The notes below the pieces were generated by a model that saw nothing but the letters and a program-made list of their open reading frames with translations, was not told the origin of the DNA and ran no database searches. Made by a program: the position numbers and the translations under genes. Below are positions 30,477-57,507 of a stretch of 64,000 nucleotides of DNA, in pieces; position 1 is the stretch's first letter, and every line of letters starts with the position of its first letter. The stretch covers positions 101,225 through 165,224 of the forward strand of contig JAWQFM010000001.1 in NCBI GenBank assembly GCA_033442325.1, written 5' to 3'. Source of the DNA: Salpingoeca rosetta. Its lineage: Eukaryota > Protista > Choanoflagellata.

Positions 30477-31739
30477 ATGCTTCTTCCCCACGCCCAGCAC
30501 GCCCGCATCCCGTGCTTCGCTGCGCTTGCCGCTGTTGCCCTTCTCACGCTTGCGGTGGGGAGTCTTGCTGGGTCTGGGCGCGCGTCGCTGACGCAGGACG
30601 CGAATGGAACCGTGCATTTGCGCACCAGCGACCCGTCCCAGCGCGTGCTGGTGAACGATGTAGATGTGCTCGGTGTCTTGCGTGAGCTCCAGAGCCAACA
30701 AGGCGTGCTCGACACACTGAAGGTTCGCATGTGTGCGGGCGTGGATGCACTCGCCACCATTGGTGGTCCCTTCACTGCTCCGTACTCCGACGTCGTTGCA
30801 GCGCCAAACGGCATTCTTTATGGCATTCCAAGCGTTGGCGATGAGGTGGCCTGGATCAACCCTCGCACCGGACAGGTCGGAACCGTCCTCATTCGGAACA
30901 TCAATTGGGCTTCAAGTTTATACTGGGCCAGTGGGGTACTGGCAAGCAATGGCAAAATCTACGGTACGCCTGCCAAAGCGCAGTTTGTCCTTATCATCGA
31001 TCCGGCCACCAACACCGTGGATGTGTCCACAATCGAGGTGCCTGTGCCGCCAGTCGACCCTCAGAATGCGCAGTGGGCGGGCGCCGTCCTTGCACCCAAC
31101 GACAAGATCTACGCCGTTCCCCGCCACGGCACAAGCGTCCTCATCATCAACACGAAAACGAACCTGGCGGATGTCACGACCATCGCCAGTGTCAGCACAC
31201 CACTGCAGACCGACCAGTGGCACGCTGCAGTGCTGGCGCACAACGGCCTCATCTACGGTATCCCCTTGTCTGCCAGCTCCGTCCTCATCATCAACCCTGC
31301 CACAGACACAGCGGACACAACCACACTCGCAAATGTTGGCAGTGGCATGAAGAAGTGGCTTGGCGCAGTGACGGGTCAAGATGGCCGCATCTACGGTATT
31401 CCCTACGACAGCCCGCACGTGCTCGTGATCGACCCAAGCACGAACACCTTCGACACCACCAGCGTCGCCACAAACTTTATGGCCGGTGGTGACAAGTGGG
31501 CCGGGGGCGTGCTGCTCGACGACGGCCACATCCTCGGCATGCCAAGAGCAGCCCAGAGCGTGCTCTTGATTGACCCGAGCACGAACACCACGGATGCCGC
31601 CTCTCTGGCCCTGGGCATGCTCGGTAGCGAAACTGAGCTGCAGTGGAGCGCCGCGGCCCTCGCTGTCGACGGAAAAGTGTACGCCGTTCCTCTTCAGATC
31701 GACGACGTTCTTGTCATTGACACCTTCTGCATGCTGTGA
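30477..31739 (+). CDS. Intronless secreted 7-repeat beta-propeller protein (paralog B)
   Basis: Single exon (an in-frame upstream ATG also exists at 30405). Signal peptide FAALAAVALLTLAVGSLA, motif DANGTVHLRT..RVLVNDVDVLGVL, and 7 repeats of the type WxGxVLAxNGxIYGIPxxAxxVLIIDPxTNTxDxTT. Same architecture as 13526-14842. Confidence 0.87.
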   Translation: MLLPHAQHARIPCFAALAAVALLTLAVGSLAGSGRASLTQDANGTVHLRTSDPSQRVLVNDVDVLGVLRELQSQQGVLDTLKVRMCAGVDALATIGGPFTAPYSDVVAAPNGILYGIPSVGDEVAWINPRTGQVGTVLIRNINWASSLYWASGVLASNGKIYGTPAKAQFVLIIDPATNTVDVSTIEVPVPPVDPQNAQWAGAVLAPNDKIYAVPRHGTSVLIINTKTNLADVTTIASVSTPLQTDQWHAAVLAHNGLIYGIPLSASSVLIINPATDTADTTTLANVGSGMKKWLGAVTGQDGRIYGIPYDSPHVLVIDPSTNTFDTTSVATNFMAGGDKWAGGVLLDDGHILGMPRAAQSVLLIDPSTNTTDAASLALGMLGSETELQWSAAALAVDGKVYAVPLQIDDVLVIDTFCML

Positions 31740-31757
31740 AGCATGTGTAACATGCCG

Positions 31758-31838
<81 letters not shown>

Positions 31839-32358
31839 TGTGTGTGTGTGTGAGAGTGTGTGAATGTGTGTGAGTCCGTCCGTGTTGTACACACACGCTC
31901 CGCTTGTGCGATGATGCATCGAGTGATTTACAGCAGTACATGGCGTGGGTTCAATACGAGATGCAAAACTGATGCGGTGCGTGTGGCGAAGCTCTCATCA
32001 ACAACAACCAGAAATATACAGCAGCACCACAAACGAGAGAAAGGCAGGGTGGAACAAGGGGAACGAAGGCGGCACAGAAACAAGACACGGACAACAAAGG
32101 GCAAGCAAGTGAATGGTGCAACGGCAATGGCCAGCAACACCGACGACAACAACAACGGGACGCAGAAGAACGGCTATTATGGCTACCGGCAACAAGGGGA
32201 ACAGCCACGAGAGACAAAACCCAAGAAGGAGGGAAGGCCCAAGCAAAGCGGGCAGATAACAGGAATAGCAAAGAAGCAAGCAAGCAAGGCAAGGCAAGGC
32301 AAGGCAAGGCAAGGAAAGTTCGACTAAACAGAGAGAAGAGAGAAAAAGACTTATAGAG

Positions 32359-32463
<105 letters not shown>

Positions 32464-32526
32464 CACAACACCCGACGCGGTGTGAAATCACTTGCGTCTG
32501 GCGGCAATCTCGTTGCGCTGGTGCTG

Positions 32527-32747
32527 TCACGGAAAGATGTTTGTGATTTCCTGCAGACCAATCCCGGCAAGTCGCTTCTGTAGCCTCGCATCAAAGCCTG
32601 GCGTGGCCACTGTGAAATATTGCACACCAGAACAACCAAGCAGTGGCATGTGAGCTCTTGACACCCTGCATTGAACAAGACAATACACACGCATGCACGC
32701 ACATATGCACATATGTACACACACACACACACACAAGCACGCACACA

Positions 32748-32790
<43 letters not shown>

Positions 32791-34834
32791 ACACCCACAC
32801 AAGCATGCACACACGCACACACACACACGCACACACACGTATGTTCAAGGCAAGGTGCAGTGTGCCGTGTCCCATGCACGTACGTGGATTCGTTCGTTCC
32901 CGCGCCATGTCCAGCAGCTGCTCTCGTTGTTGCACATATTTCTCTCGCAGACGAAGGTCGCGTTCCCTCTGCTCCAACGCCCGTTCACGCGTCAACAGTC
33001 GTTGCTCACGCGCCTGTACATGCGGGCAAATCAGTGAGCACGGGAGCTTGGGATGAGACGGTGTCGAATGCACACTGTGCGTCTGCGTGTCTCGTCTACA
33101 TCACGCCAACGACTTGCGTGGGTGCGTGTGTCTATGCGTGCCCGATTGAGAGCAGACACTGTGGGAGTATGAGGCCAAAAACAAAACCACTTCAGCTGCT
33201 GTCACGCTTAGCTGCGCTCACCTTCAGCGACGCCTCCAACTGCCTCAGGTCTGCTGCCTTGTCGTGCGCGCTCGAGTGACTCGAGCACGAGCTCTCCTCA
33301 CTGGAGCCAGCGTCGCTCCACATCTGAAGGAAATGGATAAATAACACGTGAGTGGTTCAGCAAAACCGGCTGAAGCAACACATCCTTGAAAATATCACGG
33401 CACACGAATGACCACACGCACCCACCGACAAACGCACACGCACGCATACAACGGCCACAATAGACAACATACACAACAATCAACGCACAAACATGCACAA
33501 CTCCTGCATTGTCGCACCTCAGCGCGGCCAATGCGACGGGAGCAGTGTGCACAGAGCGGGACAGGGGTAAGATCGGAGCCTGCCCTCGGGCTAGGCGGTT
33601 GTGCAAAGTAGCTGTGCTCAAGCAACTCCTCCGCAGACGGTCGCTTGCGCGGATCTTGCTGAAGCATCGACCTGTTCGTGTTGAAGACGAAGACACAGCA
33701 GCAAAGGGGCGGGAGGGGGCCAAGGAAGAGGAGGCGTGAGTCGAACAGTTTTTCAACCAACACCGTGCAACATACAACAAGCACACCCGACCAACTACGT
33801 GTATGTGGTTTGTGTGTGCGTGCATGCGTGCGTGTGTGTTCGTATGTACGCACGTGACGATGGCATTGAGCTGTGCAGAGTATCTTGAGGGGAGCGGCGA
33901 GAAGCGACCTTTCCTGATGCGCCGCGCCAATGACGCCTGGCAACTTGCGTCAAATGGCGGTCGCAGCGCAGCAAGCTCATACACGATGCAACCTAGGTAT
34001 TCACCGCACACAGACATAGGGACGACGTGAGACACATTGTTGTTGCTGCGCATGTTGAGCAAGGCAAGAGCAAATGCGTCATGAGACGGTGGACATGGGT
34101 TGTGAAATCCACACCGGAAGTGAAAGATGAACTTGTGCTGTGCAAACTTACCCAGTGACCACATGTCTGACTTCTCGTTGTACGCGCGCTCCGTGATTTG
34201 CTCCTGCACACGACACAATAATGGGCACAGCTTAGTGCACATCAACAGAAGAAATGCAACTGTTCACGACCATGTGCTTGCTTGTGTGCTGGGGCGAAAC
34301 TTAGACATTTCTTTTCGCATCACAACACACACAGCTTACCGGCGACATGTAGTATGGTGTGCCGACGAAAGTGTGTGCAAGCGCCGCCTTGCTTGCAAGC
34401 ACGCGGGCCAATCCAAAGTCGCCCAGCTTGGCGTTATCTACAACCATGAGCGTTGCAATGCCATGGTATTGGCGACAATTATGTGAGCGTGAGAGCGTGC
34501 AATGCGGTGCGATTGCGTGTGTATGTGTATGAGTGTTGCAGTACAATTGTGTGTGTGTGTGTGCGTGTGTCTGAGTGGGTGTGTGGGTGTGTATGTACGT
34601 GTTTGGCAATTCATCCACTTTGGGTCACGTGTGCAGAAAAGAGGGCCATCAAGATGAAAGTGCATGGCCCGTATGTACACGCACGGTCTCGATCGAGGAA
34701 GATGTTTGCTGGCTTGAGGTCGCGATGCATCACTTTTCCACTCGATCTCAGATGACACTCCTGTTGCAGAGAACAACACATGGTTTCAGAATGTGGTCGT
34801 CACACTCAACGCACGCGCATGCAAGGAAGAATGC

Positions 34835-34921
<87 letters not shown>

Positions 34922-36050
34922 GCACGCACGCAGAGGCACGCAGAGGCACACAGGCACACACACAACTGCACACACGGTGTACCTGCAGTGCGAGGAGGAC
35001 TTGCTTGAAGACGCGGCGAATGAACGGCTCCTCAAGCGTCGTGCTGTACAGCACAAGCAACAACAGCAACAGCAGCAACGTGATGGTGGAAGTATGGTCA
35101 CGTGAGTCCAATGTAGTGGAAAAGTGTGTGTTGGGGTGTGACACCACGCTTGTGCGCATCAACAGACCGCGTGCGTACCCTGTGCGCTTGCATTGCTGGA
35201 TGACACCAGAGAGGTCGCCGCCTTCACAATACTCCATCACAATGTAGATGGTCGTTCGTGACCGATCAATGATTCTGCATGTTGTTCACCACACCGGAAA
35301 AGCAGTAGCGCAACACCAACGAGCCAGCGTGAGGTTATGCGAAGCGTGTGAACATGGTCGTTTGTGAGTGAGTGTGTATGTAAGGTATGTGAGTGTGTGT
35401 ATGTGTGCGTGTGTGTAAATGTGAGTGTGCATCCAAGTGTATGTGTGCTTTTGCGTGTTGTCTGCACTAACGCTACAAGTGTGTTTTTGGGTTGCCTCAC
35501 CTGTCGTAGTAGCGTACGATGTTTTCGTGTCTGAGCTCCCGCAAGATGTTGACCTCGGACACCAGCATCTGTTTCTCCCGCTCCGTCATCTTGCCGTAGT
35601 TGAGCTCCTTCCACACCAAAATCTGGGTGTTGGTTGTCGGTAGTGGGTGGTGGCGAGCAGTTGGCGCTTCGAGGATGAGATTGGGGTGGCTTCACGGCTG
35701 CGTCTCATTCACTTCAACATGAAGGATTCGTGGCTGCACACACGCAGACACACACAGGCACACACAGACACACGCACACACACACGCAGACACAGTTGCA
35801 CGCACCTTGCGATCACTCTTGCGCATGACTTTGCTGCAGATGCCAAATGTTCCCGTGCCAATGCTTTCAAGCACAATGAAGTCGTCGCATGTTGTGCTGT
35901 GTTTCTTCCTTGTCCCTGTCCATGAAGCAAGCACGCGTGGATATCAACAGATGTGAGTGCCTCAAGCTACACTCTCAGCACAACCAGGCCAATCATCAAA
36001 GACTCAAGCAAGGGAACAAGCGAACAAGTTGTTTGTGTACCTCCAGACAT
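32527..36050 (-). CDS. NEK2: NIMA-related Ser/Thr kinase, NEK2-like
   Basis: Micro-exon MSG(G) at 36050-36041, then [109 protein letters not shown]2-type coiled coil [24 protein letters not shown]. Last exon inferred to end ITNIFP* at 32527. Confidence 0.93.
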
Positions 36051-36054
36051 GGCT

Positions 36055-36179
<125 letters not shown>

Positions 36180-36682
36180 GGTGCTGGATGAAGTATTGCA
36201 GTAGCAGCAGTGGTAGCAGCAGCAGCAGCAACAGCAGGCTCAAGCACTTGACGTGAGACAATTGCAGGTGAGCTCGCTGTGGGTCGTCCTGGATTGTGTT
36301 GATCAACGAACGTGGCGTATCGCAGCGGAGCAGTGTCGCAGCGTGTGAGATGGCTTGCTGCCCTTTTCAAATTTCGTTCCTGAGTGGGAGGTGGGCTGCT
36401 CGTTGGGACCGTTATGATTCGATGACTTGGTGGATGCATGCACACACTGACACGAGTCGGTCGGTCGCCGGGTTGCGGTCGGTGGGTGTCTGCTCGTGAC
36501 GGCTGGCTCGGCTTTTCGTTTTTCCTTGCTGGTCATTAGTGGAAATTCGAATTTCCCTCCAAATTATTGTTTATATTTTCACCAGTATTTCGGCAACAGT
36601 AACTGCAACCAAACCTCCGCTGGTGGTGTCACCGCACACCACCTCGCACAAAGCCCCGCCGTGACGTCAGAGAGCTGTGTCC

Positions 36683-36840
<158 letters not shown>

Positions 36841-37089
36841 CGACAAGTTGCAATGGGCTTGGTAGCATCGAAGCAAGGCGCCAAGTGCGAGGTGTAACGG
36901 CGGGCCAGCATAACTCAGAAAAGGAAGGGAAGACAGTCAAAAGAGAGAGCGAGTGTGTGTGTATGTGTGTGTGTGTGTACAGATGATGTTGAGATGACAT
37001 GAGCAAAGGCAGGTTGTTGCTGAAGAGGCAAGGAGATGATAAAGGTGGTGGAGGGAAAGTAAGAAGGCTGCTGTGTCCTATCGGCTGTA

Positions 37090-38456
37090 TCATTCCGATT
37101 GCGCTGGTTCATCGCTGCCTTCCTCTTGCTCTTCCTCTTGCTCTTCCTCTTGCTCCACCTCGTGCAGCTCTGCTCTCAGTAGCGTCATGGTCTTGATGCC
37201 TCGCCCAAGATACTTCCACTCTGTCCGCTCAGTCGCCTCTGCGTTTGTGTTGTGTGCATGTGTGTTGTATGTGTGTGTGTGAGGGAGGGAGAGGCTGGAG
37301 AGGCAACGGGGGCAAGCATGCACTGCAAAGAGTGCAGTGCACTTGCATTCGCGCGCGCACACACACGCGCACACACAAACACACTCATGCGCTGTCAACC
37401 TGCTTGTGTTGCTTGCAAGATGAGGTTGGTCCCAAACGCCTCTGCCCGGTGGGTGAGAAGATGAGGGAACGTAGCGGTGCGGAGAGACATGTCAGTGAGA
37501 AGGGCACACGAACGACGCATGAAGACCGCACACACAGCTACACACACAGCTACACACACACACACACACACACGCACAGCTACACGCACAGCTACACGCA
37601 CAGCTACACGCACAGCTACACACACAACTTCATGTTTCCCTGTACCTGAGTACTGTCCAACAAACACGTCTGATCCCATGCGAAACACGGGCTGTGCTGT
37701 GTGCGCACCCTGTCAACACAAAATCCCACCAACAAGGGAATTGTGCATGAACCAAGCACACAGAGAAAGGAATCAGCAATGTGTACACTCTCACACATGA
37801 ACGAGACTGGCTGTAGGGCAGTGCCCGTGTTGTCGTGTGTTGAGCACCTTTCCAACAACACCGAATACGTTGCAGCACACGCAACAAGAACAACACATGC
37901 AAGCACGAGAAGGAAGGTGGCACCAGATGAAAACCTGCAGGTGTGCGCAACATACCACGACTTTGAAGGTCTCTGGTCGAAGATTCAGGCCAGCATACTT
38001 TGAATTGTGCACTGAGGCAACAACGTACTCCGTCTAAATGGTACATCGAGTGGTGACGGGGATGCGGAGGCGAGCAGTCATGTGCATGTGTGAAATGTGA
38101 TGTGACTCTGGCATGTGTGACAGAATGCGATTGTCAAGCAAGATCCACACGTGATGTGACCATCACACACACACACATGCACACACGCGCACACCCAAAC
38201 TCATGCACACACACGCACACAATCAATCAATCAAACGAACCTCCCACTCATTGTCGTCTTCTTCATTTCCATTGTGTTGTTGTTGCTGTTGTTGTGCCTC
38301 ATTGCTGTCAGTGCTGGTGTCACTGATATCGCTGCCAGCACCTGTTGCCACCCCTCCTTGTTGCTCCCCTGCTGCCTCTTGTCCACCACCACTCCCTTCT
38401 GCTGCTTGCCCTCTCCCACTCCCGCCACCAGCTGCTGCTGCTGTTGTTGCCTGCAT
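37090..38456 (-). CDS. GTF3C6: TFIIIC subunit 6-like protein (GTF3C6/TFIIIC35 triple-barrel domain)
   Basis: Five phase-consistent exons: 38456-38241, 38033-37956, 37709-37646, 37441-37400, 37238-37090. They give ..EEDDNEWETEYVVASV..FKVVGAHTAQPVFRMGSDVFVGQYSEAFGTNLIL..WKYLGRGIKTM. This matches the TFIIIC_sub6 pattern as I recall it (acidic W-E-YVV; GxxTxxPxxxxxxxVFxGxYxxxxGTxxxF). Confidence 0.75.
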
Positions 38457-38523
38457 ATCTGCCCTTGTCACCCGCAACACTGAAATCAGTTTTTGCCGCT
38501 GCTGTCTTGTTTGTGTGTGGGCG

Positions 38524-40245
<1,722 letters not shown>

Positions 40246-40737
40246 TGTAACATGACATGACGTCATACCCCAACTCCTCCAAGATGGATTCTTGATGCGC
40301 GCATTGTAGGTCGAGCAATATGTATTGGGTGTTGGTTGACTTGGGGAAGTTGAACGCAACGAAAAAACGAAAGGCTTGCTTGTGTACGTTCGTGTGCAAG
40401 GGTGCAAAGTAAACGACCAATCAAGCGAGTGAAAGCAATCACGGCTCGTTCGTGCTACACCACCAACGCACGCCAAACAAAGAAGCTGCATCTAGTAGTG
40501 GTAGTCGAGGAAGGTGTGCGTCATAGCAGCTGCGGCGAAAGTAAGACGAAGGTTGTGATACGAAGACAAGAGGTGCGGGCGAATTGGGACGAAGGAAACC
40601 AGTGGCGAGCGACAACTCACAACACACCAGCCACGTCATCATATCATCACGCATCGTGTCATTACGACAAACAACAAAACAACTGCAAACGCAAAAGCAA
40701 GTTGAGGCGATTCTGTTGTTGCATGTGCGCAGGCGGT

Positions 40738-44274
<3,537 letters not shown>

Positions 44275-44641
44275 AGTTGCGGTGAAAGGAAAGGCGAGAG
44301 GCAAAGGGAGAGCTGGTGGCGGTCTCTATCAATCGCGTGTGTGAAGCAAGCAGGAGTGGTAAATGGCGCTGGCAGCGTGGTTGCTGTGTTCTGGCTGGCT
44401 GGCGGTCTTGCCTTCTTCGTTTGCGTGTGTGTGTTTTGGTTGTGCCACGCCACTCGAGCGCTTCTTGCTTGTTGCTTCTTGCGCCCAATGAAAACACACC
44501 CAAGGATTGCACAATATGAAAAAGTGTCTGGAGTGATGTGAGCGTTCTGCATGGGCCCGTTCCATACAGCGTGGGTTGAAAGTCAATTTTGACGTTGGTC
44601 GCGTGGGAAAATTTGCCTTTGGGAAGACGACGACAGCCAAG

Positions 44642-52917
<8,276 letters not shown>

Positions 52918-53339
52918 CCATCCTGTCACTGTCGTTGCCGCCCTAGTGAGAGAGTGGGAGAGAGGGCGCGCGCGCGTGTGTGCATGTGTGGGTGTGGAGT
53001 GTGTAGGTGTGTTCACCTGTGTTCATCTGTGTTCATCTGTGTGAACACCCGAGTTTTCGTGCCGTGTGCCGTGTGTTGTGTTGCTGTCGTGTGTTGTGGA
53101 AAGAGTAAAGCCTTGGTAGATTCAGTGAGAATGACAACAGCGATCGGACGAGCGTGGAAAGGTGTGACACTGCGTGCATCGGGCACTGTCACATCACAAC
53201 ATCATTTCACACCACTGAGCAATTCCGCTTTCTTCTTTGCTGCAGTGCCTTGGATCGACGAAGAATGGTGAAAAACTTGCCATAATCCTCCAAACTGCTC
53301 ATCGCCAATCACAATCAATCAACTTTGGCCACCAGCAGC

Positions 53340-55896
53340 ATGTTGTCTCCTCGGGTGTTGTTGCCACGTGTGCTCGGCAGCGCCGGTGCGCTGAACGCCC
53401 TGAGCGGAGGCGGGCTGCGCAGTGGACGGACTGTGCGCAGCGCCCAGAACCATGTGCGCACCTACCTGAGCCGCCGCCACAAGAGCGACAAGCCTTCCGA
53501 AGAGGCGGGTGCAGAAACACCACCGCCACCACCTCAGCCAAGTGCGTTGGTTGTATCCAACGTGATGTGATGTGATCGTGTCAACGTGCCGACGTGGTGT
53601 GTGTGTGTATGTATGTGTTGTGTGTATGTGTGTGTGTGTGTGTCCTGGCACTTGTTGTGTCAGACCTCTCCTGCCTCTGCTTCCTCATCTTACTCGGATT
53701 GTTTAACCCCAAGCAATGATGCCAAACGCACTCACGCGCACTTGCATACACACGTTCAATTGACAGAGGGTGGGGGACGCGGAGCGGCTCTTGCCATTGG
53801 TGCTGTGGGTGCAACGCTGATTGGTGGCGCTGTTGCCTACTTTATGCAGCAAGACCCTTCCAGTCAAAAAGCAATCGACGAGCACAACGCTGCCGTTGCA
53901 AGTCAGTCCTTTGTATGCGCGCGTGTGCGTGTTTGTTTGTTTGCTTGTTTGTTTGCTTGTTTGTTTGTTTGTTTGTTTGCTTGCTTGTTTGTTTGCTTGC
54001 TTGTTTGTTTGTTTGGTTGTTTGGTTGTTCGTTCGTTCGTTCGTGTAGGTGTGTATGTTTGTTTGTGTGTTCGTGTGTATGTATGTTTGTTTTGTGTGTA
54101 TGTGTGTGTTTGTTTGTGTGTTCGTTTGTGTGTATGCACTTGTGTGCGTGTGTGTGTCAGGATGTCGATGAGTTGGGGTGTAAAGTCGAGGTGCTGGTGT
54201 AGACAAACCTGTTGAGCGTCTGCGCATGCACAGTCTTTCGACATGTGTTTTGTTTGTTGACCACGTTCTTCGACCCGTTCTTCATGGCTGTACGTGTAGA
54301 TCAAGGTCTTCCCGCACGCAAGCGGCTGAGCAGGAGCACCGCGGTTGAATCGGCGCTCGTGCACAACCAAGCGAGCAAGCTTGCGTCATGCCATGGCGTC
54401 TCCGAGATCCTCACGTGCTGGCTGGCAGCCAACGACCCGCTGGAGGATCGGCACAGCGAGCATTTTCTTGGCCCCCACGGCGTGCTCGTGGGCATGTATG
54501 ACGGGCACAGCGGCTTTCAGACCTCGGATGCGCTCAGCGTGTTTCTGCCGACCTATGTGAAGCAAGCGCTTGAGAAGAGTGACTCGACAACGGTGCAGGC
54601 CACGGCGGCGGCGCTGTCGGACGCGTTTGAGGCCTTTGACCGCGACTTCACCTCGGTCGTGCCCAAGATGGCGCTCGAGGTGCGATGGCAGTGATGTGGT
54701 GGTCAATGGGTGGTGGCATTGGTGGTGCTGATGGTCGATGGATTGCGGAATGCTTTGTCGAACGTCTCAGTGAGGAGCTGTCTTGGGCAAACACTGATGC
54801 AACACTGATGCGGATGCTGACACACTCACACTCACACACACTCACTCACTGATACACACACACTGATACACACACTGATACACACACTCACACACACACA
54901 CTGATACACACACACACGCACACACACTCACTCACACACACACACACTCACACACACACACACTCACACTCACTCACACAGACGAAGGACAAGCGACTGC
55001 TGGAAGCGTTTGTCAACCCTGCGTTCAGCGGGGCGGTGGCGTGTGTCGCCCTCATCAACGCCACGGGCATCTACATTGCCAACACGGGCGACTGCCGCGC
55101 TGTCCTGGGCATCGAGCAGGCCGGCGGGCGTGTTGGCGCCGCCGTGCTCTCCAACGACCAGACGGGCACAACGCCATCGGAGGTGGCCCGTATCCGCCGC
55201 GAGCACCCGGGCGAGGACAAGTGCGTGTATCGCGGGCGGGTGCTGGGCGGCCTGCAGCCCTCGCGCGCGTTTGGCGACTCGCGGTACAAGTGGGAGGTGG
55301 CTGCCATGAAGGAGATTGGCGTGCGCGTGCCCAAGTACAGCAAGACGCCGCCGTATGTGACGGCCAAGCCCGAGGTGCTGCACACCAGCATCGACGCGCA
55401 GGCCAAGTTCCTCATCCTGGCCACAGACGGCGTGTGGGACGTGGTGTCCTCGGACGAGGCTGTGCAGGTGGTGAGCAAGGCGCTCAAGAGCGGCAGCAGC
55501 ACGCTGCTGGCCGCGGCCCAGCTGACCAAGCGCGCCCTCGAGCGCTATGCGGAGGAAGGCACCCAGGGGGACGTGGACAAGCTGCTGGAGATCCAGGCGC
55601 CGCAGGCCCGAAACTACCGCGACGACATCACGTGCTCTGTCGTGCTGCTGGAGGCGCAGAGCGTTGCGGCCGAGGAGGGCACACCCGAGGCGGCGGCAGC
55701 AGCGGCGCAGGCGGCAACAACGCCAAGCGCAGCATCCAACCTGGACAAGCCCGTTGGCCGCACGCTCGTGGACATCTTCCACATGCAGCGCAGGCAGCAG
55801 CAGGCAGCAGGCGCCGGGGCATCGCCCGCACAGCCACCAGCACCTGCCGCCGCCAACAACAACAACGGCAACAACGGCAGCGGCAACGGCGTATAA
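53340..55896 (+). CDS. PP2C-family phosphatase, pyruvate dehydrogenase phosphatase (PDP/PTC5)-like, mitochondrial
   Basis: Exons approx. 53340-53542, 53768-53901, 54300-54679, 54982-55896. Arg-rich presequence and a TM-like segment (AALAIGAVGATLIGGAVAYF). Motifs: LAANDPLEDR, MYDGHSG, ANTGDCRAVLG, RVLGGLQPSRAFGDSRYKW, TPPYVTAKPEV, FLILATDGVWD, YRDDIT. Confidence 0.9.
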
Positions 55897-55974
55897 GCAG
55901 ATGATGCTCACGCGCGCGCGTGTGTGTGTGTGCATGTCTGCCTGCCTGCTTGCGTTGCGCGCGCATGTGTGAGA

Positions 55975-56013
<39 letters not shown>

Positions 56014-56242
56014 ACGGGTCGCTTGCTGTTTGTTGTGCGGTTGCGATGGGACTGCTCGTTTGCTTTGACGTTGCTTTGAGTCTTGCGCCGTGGCTGGTGC
56101 TCACTGAACAGTTGGGTGCATTGCGTGAGACATGGCATGTGGTGAGAGGAAACAACAATACCAACAACACCAGCAACAACTAACAACCAACAACAGCAGC
56201 AGGGGGGGGAGGAGGAACAATGAGACAACAACAACAACTGAG

Positions 56243-56275
<33 letters not shown>

Positions 56276-56379
56276 CAGTCCGCAAAACGAAATGACGTCG
56301 TGCATAAGTCCTGCTGCGTTTTTCCCACACACACACACACAACCAAGCAAGACAACAACAAGCAAGCAGGACAAGAACG

Positions 56380-56498
56380 ATGAGTGGGAGCGATGGGGTG
56401 GGTGGTGGCAGCAGCGGCGGTGCTGAGCTCGCCATCCCGTTTCGCATCCTGGATTGCTGTGCACTCGTTGGCGTGGACATTCCAAAGCAGCTTGACGC

Positions 56499-56572
<74 letters not shown>

Positions 56573-56987
56573 GTGTGTGTGTGTGTGTTGGCACAACTCT
56601 TCCTCTGTCACTCATCTTGTCGCTTTTGTATATTGCTCGTCTTCACCCGTCCATGGACTCTAACCCACACCACAAGGGGGCGATGATTGGCTGGACCAGC
56701 CCATATCCAAACCGGCTGTCTTGCACTGCTTCTCGGTGAGTCAGCGTGAGTGTGCGTTGCAGATCTTGATGATACATGCGCCTGTGTCAGTGTCGATCTC
56801 ACGCAACCGATTTCATCTTGGCCTTGCAAGGGAGATGTGGGTAGTGCCTCAGATCTGAAAGTCAGCTCGCTGCTGGCCAATCATCATCCGGTGAGCTGCA
56901 TGCATTCTTGATGCGGTTGGGGACGCGCACGGAAATGCACTTGAGTTTGCTTTGCTGCCTCTGCCATCACCATCACGCAGCCTGTCG

Positions 56988-57077
<90 letters not shown>

Positions 57078-57439
57078 NNNNNNNNNNNNNNNNNNNNNNN
57101 NNNNNNNNNNNNNNNNNNNNNNNNNNNNNNNNNNNNNNNNNNNNNNNNNNNNNNNNNNNNNNNNNNNNNNNNNNNNNNNNNNNNNNNNNNNNNNNNNNNN
57201 NNNNNNNNNNNNNNNNNNNNNNNNNNNNNNNNNNNNNNNNNNNNNNNNNNNNNNNNNNNNNNNNNNNNNNNNNNNNNNNNNNNNNNNNNNNNNNNNNNNN
57301 NNNNNNNNNNNNNNNNNNNNNNNNNNNNNNNNNNNNNNNNNNNNNNNNNNNNNNNNNNNNNNNNNNNNNNNNNNNNNNNNNNNNNNNNNNNNNNNNNNNN
57401 ACCTAACCCGTAACCCTACCTACCTACCTACCTACCTAC

Positions 57440-57507
<68 letters not shown>

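Noticed and set aside
32527-32600. D-box-like LQEITN at the NEK2 C-terminus
   Set aside because: Lacks the Arg of RxxL, and the last exon is itself only inferred.
57401-57440. Telomere-like CCTAACCC next to the gap
   Set aside because: Only about 2 degenerate units merging into (CCTA)n inside an intron; not a telomeric array.
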